64,000 nt of DNA from Candidatus Poribacteria bacterium (GTDB lineage Bacteria; Poribacteria; WGA-4E; WGA-3G): positions 384,001 through 448,000 of the forward strand of contig OZ219750.1 in assembly GCA_964291315.2 (NCBI GenBank), given 5' to 3'. The notes under the pieces were generated by a model. The model searched no databases, was not told the origin of the DNA, and worked only from the letters and a program-made list of their open reading frames with translations. How positions within the stretch are numbered: position 1 is the first letter of the stretch; every line of letters begins with the position of its first letter. Below, one piece after another: positions 19,270 to 29,235 of this stretch. The position numbers were made by a program, and so were the translations under genes.

Positions 19270-20988
19270 ATGAACAAACTGTATTTTGGTGATAATCTTG
19301 AGATTATGCGGGAGATGGATGCCGGCCGCGTAGACCTGATTTGTACGGATCCGCCGTTCAATAGCGGGCGTGATTATAACTCGTTCCTCCGAGATTCGCT
19401 GGCGCAGAAAAAAGCGTTTCGAGATACTTGGGTGTGGAATACAGCTGCCCAAGATACCCGCGCAGATATTGAAAAGTATGCATGTAACAACAAGACTTAC
19501 AAAGCCCTTAATGAGTGCCTCAAGGGGTGCGATCTGCTGCTGAAACGTGCTGTGTCTGGTAAGAATGGGTCGATGCGCGCCTATCTCGCCTTTATGGGCC
19601 CCCGACTTGCCGAAATGCACCGTATTTTGACTGACACCGGAAGTCTCTATCTGCACTGTGATCCGACTGCAAATCATTATCTCAAAGGATTAATGGATGG
19701 TATTTTTGGGACAGAAAATTTCAGAAACCAGATTATCTGGAAACGCACTAAGGCACATAATAGCGGCAAACAGTATGGGCGGACGCACGACACTATCTTA
19801 TTTTATAGTAAGGGGGAGGAGTGGGTATGGAACCCTGTTTATGTGGCACATGATCCGGCGTATGTGAAGCGGGCTTATCGGCATCAGGATGAAAGAGGCC
19901 TCTACCAAGTTGTCGCTCTGACTGCCTCGGAAGTTAGTCTGGGCGAGTCTGGGCGGCCTTGGCGCGGGGTAAATCCGAGTAACATCGGCAGACATTGGAG
20001 TACGCCCCGTAGAGAAGCGTGGCCCGAAGACGTTGAACCGCCTGAAAATTATGAGGCTCTCTCGGTTCACGAAAAGTTGGATGCCTTGGACGCAAGTGGT
20101 TTGCTTTATTGGCCCCCAAAAGGTAATGTTCCAAGATTCAAAAGGTATCTGTCAACGTCTAAGGGAAGTCGGGTTCAGGATGTTATAACGGATATAAACC
20201 CTCTTACGGGCAATTCCAAGGAACGTCTCGGCTATCCTACGCAGAAGCCGCTTGCACTTTACGAACGCCTGATTGCAGCTTCCAGCAATGAAGGGGACCT
20301 TGTATTGGACCCGTTCTGTGGGTGTGGAACGACTATTGATGCAGCACATACCTTAAAGCGCGCTTGGCTCGGTATCGATTTAACGATTCTAGCGTTGGAT
20401 CCGATGCGTCAACGGTTGGCAGATCGGCACGGTTTACAACCCTCAGTGGATTACCAGATTGAGGGGTATCCCACGAATATGCAGGAGGTGCGCAGGCTCT
20501 TAAAAGCTGGAGATAAGCGGAAATATCACGACTTCTCGAACTGGGCGGTGACAAGGCTTGGATTGCAGCCGACGCAGGATGTGGGTGATGGAGGACACGA
20601 TGGTGTCGGGCATGTGACGTTGTGGAGTACGCAACGAATGAAAGAGACGAATGCCCGGATTCTCGCGGAGGTCAAAACAGGGAAACCCTCCATGACACAA
20701 GTGCGAGCGTTTTGTCAGGTGATGCGCGAGAACAACGCAGCGATTGGGATTTTTATTACGATCGAACCTGTCACTGCGGGGATGCGGCAACAGGCGGAGA
20801 ATATGGGTGTTTTTGAGCATAATGGACAGAGTTATCCGCGACTCCAGTTCTGGCAGGTCGATGATGCCTATTTTGAGAATCCGGAGCTTATTAACACGTT
20901 TATTCGATTGCCGATGGAGTGGCGGATTCGTCCGAGCCAGAAGTCTAATCGGCATTTTCGTGGGCAGCAGATGGAATTGTTGAAATAG
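19270..20988 (+). CDS. Beta-class N6/N4 DNA methyltransferase fused to a C-terminal Mrr-like PD-(D/E)XK domain
   Basis: LYFGDNL, DPPF, GYPTQKP and LDPFCGCGTT motifs; C-terminal GDGGHDG...AEVKTG. Confidence 0.9.
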   Translation: MNKLYFGDNLEIMREMDAGRVDLICTDPPFNSGRDYNSFLRDSLAQKKAFRDTWVWNTAAQDTRADIEKYACNNKTYKALNECLKGCDLLLKRAVSGKNGSMRAYLAFMGPRLAEMHRILTDTGSLYLHCDPTANHYLKGLMDGIFGTENFRNQIIWKRTKAHNSGKQYGRTHDTILFYSKGEEWVWNPVYVAHDPAYVKRAYRHQDERGLYQVVALTASEVSLGESGRPWRGVNPSNIGRHWSTPRREAWPEDVEPPENYEALSVHEKLDALDASGLLYWPPKGNVPRFKRYLSTSKGSRVQDVITDINPLTGNSKERLGYPTQKPLALYERLIAASSNEGDLVLDPFCGCGTTIDAAHTLKRAWLGIDLTILALDPMRQRLADRHGLQPSVDYQIEGYPTNMQEVRRLLKAGDKRKYHDFSNWAVTRLGLQPTQDVGDGGHDGVGHVTLWSTQRMKETNARILAEVKTGKPSMTQVRAFCQVMRENNAAIGIFITIEPVTAGMRQQAENMGVFEHNGQSYPRLQFWQVDDAYFENPELINTFIRLPMEWRIRPSQKSNRHFRGQQMELLK

Positions 20989-21019
20989 GTGTCGGTTATC
21001 CGCTTGTGTGCCAAAGGTG

Positions 21020-21733
21020 TTAGTGTCTTGTTTTGAGTTTCCCCCATATTGAAGTTAATCGGATCTCTGGTGTGATGCTTAGCCGGGAGATGGTGAAGGA
21101 GTCTGCCCATGCGGTGCCTTCCCACTCATTTGCGATGTTGATCCCCTCCATGACGAAACCGAGAATCTCTATTTTATCGAAATTGGCATCTTGAAATGCC
21201 GTGCGGAATTCTCCGTTTGCGAACAGTGTGAAATACCCGGAATTGAAATAGAGTTTCATCTCTGTTAGTACCTCGGTTTCCCAACGCGTGCGTGGTTCTC
21301 TGGAGAGTCGGATGCGGAAAGGGTGGCTGCTTCCTTTACCGTCGAAACGTCTTGCTCTGATTTCATCAGGGAAAAAAAGATAAAAAAATGGGTTTTCGTC
21401 AGGGGTGTCGGGAAATTGTCGTCCCACACAAAAGCCGAAGCGTGTCTTGTCGCTCCCCAGATCGTTTATTGTGACCACGAAGTTTCGATAGGGATCGGGG
21501 AATGCGATAAATCGGTAGAGCTCATATTCCACGTCCCATTCGCGTTTGACTTCTACACGGAGGAAGCCGTCTGTTATTTTCCAGAGGGAGTTGTTTCCTA
21601 CAACGCGCCACGCTTCGGGATTCTCGGTGTCGAAGTCATCGTGCCAGTCCTCGGTGAATGCCGGAAGGTGACAAGTGACGAGGATATAAACGGATATGAA
21701 GAGGCTTATGTTTCTGTTTGGTATGAAATGCAT
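21020..21733 (-). CDS. Secreted beta-rich (LamG/ConA-like?) protein B1 with C-terminal LTSIWGKLK tail
   Basis: Signal peptide, WHDDFD...WKITDGFL; paralog of 22703..23392. ATG 21733 has AGAGGG upstream. Confidence 0.75.
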   Translation of the reverse strand: MHFIPNRNISLFISVYILVTCHLPAFTEDWHDDFDTENPEAWRVVGNNSLWKITDGFLRVEVKREWDVEYELYRFIAFPDPYRNFVVTINDLGSDKTRFGFCVGRQFPDTPDENPFFYLFFPDEIRARRFDGKGSSHPFRIRLSREPRTRWETEVLTEMKLYFNSGYFTLFANGEFRTAFQDANFDKIEILGFVMEGINIANEWEGTAWADSFTISRLSITPEIRLTSIWGKLKTRH

Positions 21734-21825
21734 AGAATGCCCTCTACTTTGCGGGTTTGTTACCTGCTGATTTTTTATCGGGTGTGGTGACGAATCGCGC
21801 CTCCTGAGCTTTCGGAATCTACAGA

Positions 21826-22566
21826 CTAATTGATTTTTATGCAGTCGTACCACTGCTGTGTTTTCTTTCCTTTCCGGCTTAGGACCCCGGGTTCACGCTC
21901 GGTTGGGGGGCCAAAATCTCCATCGAGTTGTTTGAGGACGTTCCAATCGGGTGGAAACCATGTTTTGAGTGTTTTACAGTTAACCTCAAGAGTTTCCCCT
22001 TCCCAACCGCCGATTTTGTAATACATGGGGCATATCCACCGTTCTGCTCCGCGGGCGTACCGCCGCCAACCGATTACAGAGGCTTGTGCCCGAATAATGT
22101 TCCCGTCGCGCCAGTGTCGTTCAACGCCGCTCCATGGGTATCCGGTTGTTCCACCTCCGGCGCTGATCTCGCTCCACCCTAAATCGTCGTAGAGGGTGAT
22201 ATAGGAGGAGTTTGTACCCCAGGGTGTATCGTCTGTGCCGAAGTACCACCGTTGTCCGCGATACCAACGGACTGCCCCTTGAATGCGTGAGGCGGAAACC
22301 GTCGCGTTTTCAATGGTTTCTACGATGTCGAATTGCCCTCTGTTATTATAGGGGTTATGGGCACCCTTGCAGAGGGTGAGGGAATTGAGTTCCGGCCCGA
22401 ACCACATTCCGTCTACGCCCGGAGTTCTATAATAGGAACCTGAGCTGGGCGGATGGGCGCGTTCGCCGGGGTTTAGACGCGCTCTGGCGTGGCTATTCCA
22501 AAACGCAATACCGAGGACGAGGCAGAGGAGAAATGCATCAAAGATGATGTCTAAATTTTTTCGCAT
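21826..22566 (-). CDS. Secreted Trp/Tyr/Gly-rich hypothetical protein A1
   Basis: Signal peptide; colinear similarity to 23416..24252 (YYR.PG, WFGPE, DTPW.T, HWR, YYK.G, WYDCI). Confidence 0.78.
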   Translation of the reverse strand: MRKNLDIIFDAFLLCLVLGIAFWNSHARARLNPGERAHPPSSGSYYRTPGVDGMWFGPELNSLTLCKGAHNPYNNRGQFDIVETIENATVSASRIQGAVRWYRGQRWYFGTDDTPWGTNSSYITLYDDLGWSEISAGGGTTGYPWSGVERHWRDGNIIRAQASVIGWRRYARGAERWICPMYYKIGGWEGETLEVNCKTLKTWFPPDWNVLKQLDGDFGPPTEREPGVLSRKGKKTQQWYDCIKIN

Positions 22567-22702
22567 TTTTACTGATTGTTGGTTAAGAGAGTTATGAATG
22601 AAAAAATTTTTAATAGGCTCTCAATGGTTAGCAGGCTAGCAGGCTCCAGCATCATTTGCTTTGGTTTTCACTGCCGTTCAAGCCAAACTACGCTCTTTCA
22701 GG

Positions 22703-23392
22703 TTATCTTTGCTTTAAACGTGCCCATGTGGTTGTTAGTTTCCGTTTTGGAGAGACTGGGAGTCCGTCTATGGTGATGGTATCGACCCACGCGCTGCCTA
22801 TATCCACGTCTTCTGCAACAAATCCAGCGAGGACAAAGGCGATGCTGTCAATCTGTTTAAAGTTGGCATCTCTGAAATCCATGCGAAGTTCTCCATCAGC
22901 CTGCAGTTGAAATCGGCCGCTTTCAAAGTGCAAGACCATCTGTTGGAGTTCATCCGTATTCCACCGTTTACCAGGGCCAACGAATATCCCTCCGTCTCTT
23001 GAGGCTTGCATATCGTTCGTGAAAAAGAGATAGTACCCGATCTCATCTACGTTGGTCACAGGATTCAGGAGGTGCTTTGCGAGTGCGATCCCGAATTGGG
23101 CGTGCGTCGCTCCTACGGTTTCAAGGGTTATTGTGAAGTTATCATAGGGCCCGGGGTAGGCGGTGAATTGGTACAGTTCAAATACAGTGTGCCATTGTGC
23201 TTGTGCGTGAATCTCTGCCTTCAAAAAACCGTCTTCAACTTTCCAAATAGCATCTTTTCTAGTGTATTGCCAGTCGTCTTCTGTGCTGTGTTCAAACGGG
23301 TCTTTCCAAGTAACGGCGCTGACATGCGTTTGGAAAACGAAAAATATATAAACAGTGAGGATTACTGTCAAAGTGCGTATGCTCTTCTTCAT
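22703..23392 (-). CDS. Secreted beta-rich protein B2 with C-terminal VSPKRKLTTTWARLK tail
   Basis: Signal peptide ending VSA; paralog of B1. Confidence 0.8.
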   Translation of the reverse strand: MKKSIRTLTVILTVYIFFVFQTHVSAVTWKDPFEHSTEDDWQYTRKDAIWKVEDGFLKAEIHAQAQWHTVFELYQFTAYPGPYDNFTITLETVGATHAQFGIALAKHLLNPVTNVDEIGYYLFFTNDMQASRDGGIFVGPGKRWNTDELQQMVLHFESGRFQLQADGELRMDFRDANFKQIDSIAFVLAGFVAEDVDIGSAWVDTITIDGLPVSPKRKLTTTWARLKQR

Positions 23393-23415
23393 GTTGCCAT
23401 TTCTTCTTGGCGCGT

Positions 23416-24252
23416 TTATTTCAACGGTATACAGTCGTACCAGTCTGCGGTTTCTTTCGACGTGCCTTTTTCGCGGCGGCTGAGCTTGTTGAATTTAGGT
23501 CGAAACTCCGGAGATGTAAAGTGTCCTTCCGTATGAGTCAGGATTTTCAAGTTGTAGCGTCTGCCCTCGGTTGCACAAACATAACTCAGGGTACCGTGTT
23601 TGTAATACTTGGGTGCTAGGTATTTCTTTCCAGCGTGCTCGTATTGTTGGTAGCCGGTTACGTCCGCCTTGGATTTTATAGTCTCACTCTCACGCCAGTG
23701 TTCCTCAAATCCTGTCCACGGAAACCCGGTAACAGTATTCGCTGCGTCTATATCTGTCCAACTGATTTCAGATATGAGGGTGACGTGGACGGTATCTGTG
23801 CGCCAGGGCGTGTCGGCAGTGGCGAACCGCCATTCCTGCCGTCGATACCACCAAGTTTTTCCCGGTCTCGAAGATGGCCACATCTCAGCTTCTTCTCTGG
23901 TGTAGATAATATCGAAAAACCCTGCCTTGTTGAATTGGTGGGCTGTATTGGGACAGAGCACCCGGCTGTCTATTTCAGGGCCGAACCATCGGGTATCGTT
24001 CTCGGAGTCTATAAATTTACCTGGTGCGCGGTAGTAGGGTCCCGCTATTTTGGGGACAGCAGTCTCCTGAAGTGTGATTCTTTTTCCCTCGGAGTAGCTG
24101 CCGTGTAAGCCTGCGTTTGCGTAGAAAAGGAGCGATTGGAGGCTTAGGATTGCTATAACTGCGCCTGTATTGAGGGGAACGCGATAAACGGAGGAAAAGA
24201 CGCGTGTCGGAGACCTTCTAAAGATTTTACTGCTTTGCAAAAGGGGTGCCAT
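23416..24252 (-). CDS. Secreted hypothetical protein A2
   Basis: GGGAG RBS and overlap with the upstream gene stop; signal-like segment ending YANA; paralog of A1. Confidence 0.78.
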   Translation of the reverse strand: MAPLLQSSKIFRRSPTRVFSSVYRVPLNTGAVIAILSLQSLLFYANAGLHGSYSEGKRITLQETAVPKIAGPYYRAPGKFIDSENDTRWFGPEIDSRVLCPNTAHQFNKAGFFDIIYTREEAEMWPSSRPGKTWWYRRQEWRFATADTPWRTDTVHVTLISEISWTDIDAANTVTGFPWTGFEEHWRESETIKSKADVTGYQQYEHAGKKYLAPKYYKHGTLSYVCATEGRRYNLKILTHTEGHFTSPEFRPKFNKLSRREKGTSKETADWYDCIPLK

Positions 24253-25822
24253 CTTGTCTCCCTAAATAGATGCGATATCCGGTGCTGGGCATAGGAATCG
24301 CGATCTGTTTATGAACAAGGGTGCGTTGATAACGTGCTGACTTTTCTTCAAATAGTGCATGGGCGGCCCGGATGTATAGTTGATAGGGGTTCTCAGTCAA
24401 GTTGTCGAATTGAAATTCGCCATTTGTGTTGGTTTCGACCTCAAACCGATCTAGTGTCATTGACATATCGGTTGGATTCAATTCCCAGGGATACCAAGAA
24501 CGGGAGATAACTGCGCTAGAGACGGGTTCATCTGTATCCGCCCAACGTAATTGGCCGTGTAGTGTACTCGCGGGCCGGTTTGCTATAATAGATATTTCTT
24601 GGCTATTCGCGGTCGCTTCCACGTTAACAGCTGTTGCGGAAATGCCGTCTCCAACGATATAGAATGCATATGTTCCTGAAAAAAGTCCATCCACGATGAA
24701 GGTAGGTTCTGTCGCGGGGAAGTGCCTCGACAGAAGGGGTTTATACAACGCTAACGGATTGAGACTCGGTTTCATCTGTACCTCTGCCGGAAAAACCTTT
24801 ACAATGTAATCTGCATCCGAGGCGATGTTTGGTGACAAAATCACTCGTCCTTTAACAGTCAGGCCTTTTTCAAGTGTGACAGTCAAGGGTTGCTCTCCGA
24901 TCACTACGTTCTCGTAGACTCTAGAAAAATGACCGCGTTTGCCAATTTCCAGAGAGAGGTATTGTGGATTGGTTTCTAACACTTGCATTTGAAAGTTACC
25001 CGTATTGCCTGTCTGTGCCGATGTGAGGAGCACACTGTGTCCAGATGGTGTTTCTCTATGCCGTGTTGCATAAATGTGCGCTTCGGCTATTGGATGTGCC
25101 TGTGTATCGACGACCGTGCCGTAGAGGGTCTTTAATTTTCGCAGACAGATGGTAATATATGGCTGTTTTTGCGGATTGATAGCGTCCACAAATGCCATAA
25201 TAACACCGTTTTTGGAAATTGTCAAGGTGTATTCAATCGGATAGAGGTCGGAGAATTTGAAGATTCCTGGGATGTCCGTTTTTACTGCGTGTTCAACCGG
25301 TGCAGCTGCACGGAAGAAGTCTGTGGATTTATCGTGCATCTTTAGCTTTAGAATGCATCCTTTGATGTCTCTGCTGCCGGATATGTTTCCCTGTAAAGCT
25401 AAGGTGTGTATTAGTGCTATTTCCCCTAAATCATAACGATTCTTACCAATAGACATCTCTTGTCGCAGGAGCTTTGATTGATACTGTGGATGGAGTGCCA
25501 TAAGCGAGAAAGCATAATAAGTCTGGGATTCATTGGGGATGGTAAGTAAGAAAATCCCTTCTGCATTTGTTGCTGTTGTGTGTGCGAAGTCGCGATCTGG
25601 GTAGACTTGTTCAATTTTTTCGGGAGCAGCGCGTACAATTACATCGGAGATAGGGTGTCTGTTTTCGGCATCTACGAATGTGCCGTGGAGAGTGGCACTG
25701 GTTTGAATCGTTTGGCAGATGCCAACAGTGCTAAAAAGAAAGAGGAGCAGCAAAATCAGACAGCTGAGTCGGATGTTGTTCCTACCGTGTATTCGATTGG
25801 GCGGTTTAGTAAGATATGGCAT
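24227..25822 (-). CDS. Secreted multi-domain carboxypeptidase-regulatory-like (prealbumin-fold) protein
   Basis: Signal peptide; repeated LxGxxVD...PI..A.I...T...G.F units. Confidence 0.75.
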   Translation of the reverse strand: MPYLTKPPNRIHGRNNIRLSCLILLLLFLFSTVGICQTIQTSATLHGTFVDAENRHPISDVIVRAAPEKIEQVYPDRDFAHTTATNAEGIFLLTIPNESQTYYAFSLMALHPQYQSKLLRQEMSIGKNRYDLGEIALIHTLALQGNISGSRDIKGCILKLKMHDKSTDFFRAAAPVEHAVKTDIPGIFKFSDLYPIEYTLTISKNGVIMAFVDAINPQKQPYITICLRKLKTLYGTVVDTQAHPIAEAHIYATRHRETPSGHSVLLTSAQTGNTGNFQMQVLETNPQYLSLEIGKRGHFSRVYENVVIGEQPLTVTLEKGLTVKGRVILSPNIASDADYIVKVFPAEVQMKPSLNPLALYKPLLSRHFPATEPTFIVDGLFSGTYAFYIVGDGISATAVNVEATANSQEISIIANRPASTLHGQLRWADTDEPVSSAVISRSWYPWELNPTDMSMTLDRFEVETNTNGEFQFDNLTENPYQLYIRAAHALFEEKSARYQRTLVHKQIAIPMPSTGYRIYLGRQDGTPFAKQ

Positions 25823-26029
25823 AGGAATTCTTGTGTGTTGGCGTGGAAGGTCAGATTGACATTTCTCCCCGGGATTCAGGTATCATAGAATGCTGGCACC
25901 TATAGGCTAAAATGTAGGTAAAGTCTAAGTGCCCCGGTTACGAGATGCAACACATCGCTAAAGGGAAAATGAGTAGATGCGAAGTTTTGAGCTCCGCGGT
26001 CCGGTCTATCTGGTAAATTGAGTAAGCGC

Positions 26030-26067
26030 AAAAAAACAAGCCTCATATTGAGTGGGGCTTGTCTTTT
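26030..26067 (-). terminator. Intrinsic terminator of the tRNA operon (possibly bidirectional)
   Basis: Minus-strand stem ACAAGCCCCA/TGAGGCTTGT followed by a T run, with a T run on the other side as well. Confidence 0.75.
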
Positions 26068-26089
26068 GCAAAAACGCTTCGCGCGAAGA

Positions 26090-26164
26090 TACCCCCGACG
26101 AGATTTGAACTCGTGTCGCCGCCGTGAAAGGGCGGTGTCCTTGGCCAGGCTAGACGACGGGGGC
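26090..26164 (-). tRNA. tRNA-Glu(TTC)
   Basis: Reverse complement GCCCCCGTCGTCTAGCCTGGCCAAGGACACCGCCCTTTCACGGCGGCGACACGAGTTCAAATCTCGTCGGGGGTA folds as a cloverleaf with anticodon TTC. No encoded CCA. Confidence 0.96.
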
Positions 26165-26175
26165 TAAAGAAATAG

Positions 26176-26248
26176 TGAGCCGTACAGGAATCGAACCTGT
26201 GACCACCTGATTAAAAGTCAGATGCTCTACCTGCTGAGCTAACGGCTC
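26176..26248 (-). tRNA. tRNA-Lys(TTT)
   Basis: Reverse complement GAGCCGTTAGCTCAGCAGGTAGAGCATCTGACTTTTAATCAGGTGGTCACAGGTTCGATTCCTGTACGGCTCA; anticodon TTT. Confidence 0.97.
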
Positions 26249-26264
26249 AAACCAACAACATTTA

Positions 26265-26293
26265 ATGATACCACACTTTGAGGTAGATGTCAA
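26265..26293 (-). promoter_or_regulatory. Promoter of the tRNA-Lys/Glu operon
   Basis: TTGACA-17 bp-TATCAT with an extended TG. Confidence 0.8.
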
Positions 26294-26391
26294 ATTAAAA
26301 TGCCAATTGGGGGCTGCCGCTTAGTGGATGAACGGTTATTCTCCGAGGATATAGACCTGTCTATAAGTTTTTTACAAGAGAGTGGATCGTT

Positions 26392-27696
<1,305 letters not shown>

Positions 27697-27713
27697 TCAA
27701 CATCGTTGGGATT

Positions 27714-28154
27714 TTAACGTTTCGAGAATTGGAACCGTGCGCGTGCGCCTTTTTGTCCGTATTTCTTTCGCTCGACCATTCTTGAGTCGCGGGTCAAAAA
27801 TCCCGCTTTTCTCAGGGAGGGCTTTAAAGATTCATCTGCTTTTACAAGTGCACGTGCGAGTCCGTGAGAGATAGCGCCGGCTTGCCCAGTATTTCCGCCT
27901 CCTTTAACGTTAATCCGAATCGCATAATCGCCTTTTTTTTGAGCGTGCTCAATTGGGCGTTTTGCCTCTTGGATGTGGTCGGGTCGATCAAAGTACTCCT
28001 CAATGGGTTTTTTATTGACGATAATATCGCCTTCACCGCCTGGGATGAGGCGAACACGGGCGACAGATGTTTTACGTCTACCGGTTCCCCAGAATTGTTC
28101 AATGGCCATACTGCTCATACTCTCCATGGTTGTAGGTGTAGGTTTTGGTGACAA
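27714..28154 (-). CDS. rpsI: 30S ribosomal protein S9
   Basis: GTGRRKTSVARV...ERKKYGQKGARARFQFSKR. Start uncertain. Confidence 0.98.
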   Translation of the reverse strand: MSPKPTPTTMESMSSMAIEQFWGTGRRKTSVARVRLIPGGEGDIIVNKKPIEEYFDRPDHIQEAKRPIEHAQKKGDYAIRINVKGGGNTGQAGAISHGLARALVKADESLKPSLRKAGFLTRDSRMVERKKYGQKGARARFQFSKR

Positions 28155-28167
28155 CGCCTCAACTCAA

Positions 28168-28605
28168 TTAAAGTGTTAAGACTTCCGGTTCCTGTGCTTG
28201 ATGTGGGTGAGAGGGCCCAGCGTAAACCTTGAGACCTTTCATCAGCTGTCTACCGAGTGAACGCTTCGGAAGCATACCTTTGACGGCAGCGGTGATAATA
28301 GACTCAGGCTTTATCGCCATTTGTTCCTTAAACGTTCTATATTTATCACCTCCGGGATAGCCACTGTGCCTGAAATACGTTTTCTGATCCCGCTTTTTAC
28401 CGGTGACAATTATCTTTTCTGCATTTACAACTGCAACGCGAAACCCTAAATCTGCGTGAGGCGTAAACCGAGGATCGTGTTTTCCGCGCAAGACTTGTGC
28501 AATTCGCGAAGCCAAACGGCCGAGCACCTGTCCCTCCGCATCCACTACATACCATTTAATATCTTTATCTGCTTTCGGAAAATAGGTTTTCGTTTTTAGT
28601 ACCAT
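28168..28605 (-). CDS. rplM: 50S ribosomal protein L13
   Basis: [23 protein letters not shown] and HPHQAQ motifs. Confidence 0.98.
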   Translation of the reverse strand: MVLKTKTYFPKADKDIKWYVVDAEGQVLGRLASRIAQVLRGKHDPRFTPHADLGFRVAVVNAEKIIVTGKKRDQKTYFRHSGYPGGDKYRTFKEQMAIKPESIITAAVKGMLPKRSLGRQLMKGLKVYAGPSHPHQAQEPEVLTL

Positions 28606-28753
28606 GACTTCCTATTCCTTCAACCGTATTGTGTACCTGAAGCACAATTTACTTTTTCTTTATGGAGCCTGTTTTGGAATTTGTAGTTCGCGTGCTATTA
28701 CCTTTATTGTTCAAAGGCGGTGTTTGTACAATCGCGAACGCTAACAAAATCAT

Positions 28754-28782
28754 ATTATATCATGAAAGACGACGTTTGTCAA
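28754..28782 (-). promoter_or_regulatory. Consensus promoter of rplM-rpsI
   Basis: Exact TTGACA-17 bp-TATAAT. Confidence 0.88.
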
Positions 28783-28795
28783 ATTTTTTGCTAGA

Positions 28796-28900
28796 AGCTG
28801 GTCAGCTGTCAGCGATCGGCGGTCAGTAAGGGTCGGAATTTGGAGGTTCATCCTACAGCAAAGCTGGAAAGTGGGCGCGATTAGGAGATTGCTCCTATGG
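28796..28900. repeat. Heptamer run plus two degenerate GTAG/CCTAC-type REP-like units
   Basis: GCTGGTCAGCTGTCAGCGATCGGCGGTCAG followed by GTCGGAATTTGGAGGTTCATCCTACA and GCGCGATTAGGAGATTGCTCCTA. Confidence 0.45.
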
Positions 28901-29235
28901 AAAGAACGGAAGGCTTGTGAGGTATTCTTTGGAGATCAGGATTTTGCTTCTAACGTTGAGTTGGGAAAAGATTTGCACATCAAAAAACATGGGTGGCTCC
29001 GTTGGCGGAAAAGAATAAAAGGATTTACTTTCTAATACCAAAGGTTTCACTTTATTCAAAGGGGATCCAGATATTTATTAGACTCGCGTTGCTTCTAACG
29101 GAGGAGACTCGCGCAAAGAATGAAATTATCGGGTCATTAAATGATCCTATTTTTCTCACTCTTGCGGTCTCAACTTCTTTTGTGTTATACTATGTAAGAT
29201 TCATACATGAACTATAGGAGAAATAGATTTAGACA

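Noticed and set aside
19045-19677. 210-aa minus-strand ORF
   Set aside because: Antisense shadow of the well-supported methyltransferase, with no motifs.
21734-21853. N-terminal extension of B1 overlapping A1, or a programmed A1-B1 frameshift fusion
   Set aside because: The internal ATG at 21733 has an RBS and is directly followed by a signal peptide. The paralogous A2-B2 pair is not joined.
21020-24252. Diversity-generating retroelement or shufflon behind the A/B duplication
   Set aside because: No reverse transcriptase or recombinase, and no near-identical TR/VR or inverted repeats were seen. Similarity is only at the protein level.
16300-26164. tRNA-Glu-anchored integrative element
   Set aside because: No integrase and no duplicated tRNA 3' end were found. 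Only a 7-bp ACCCCCG match near 16341, which is chance level.
28945-29217. TTGCTTCTAACG seen twice (~28945 and ~29089) and a 74-aa ORF
   Set aside because: Only two short copies, so not a CRISPR or attC array. The ORF lacks an RBS and motifs.
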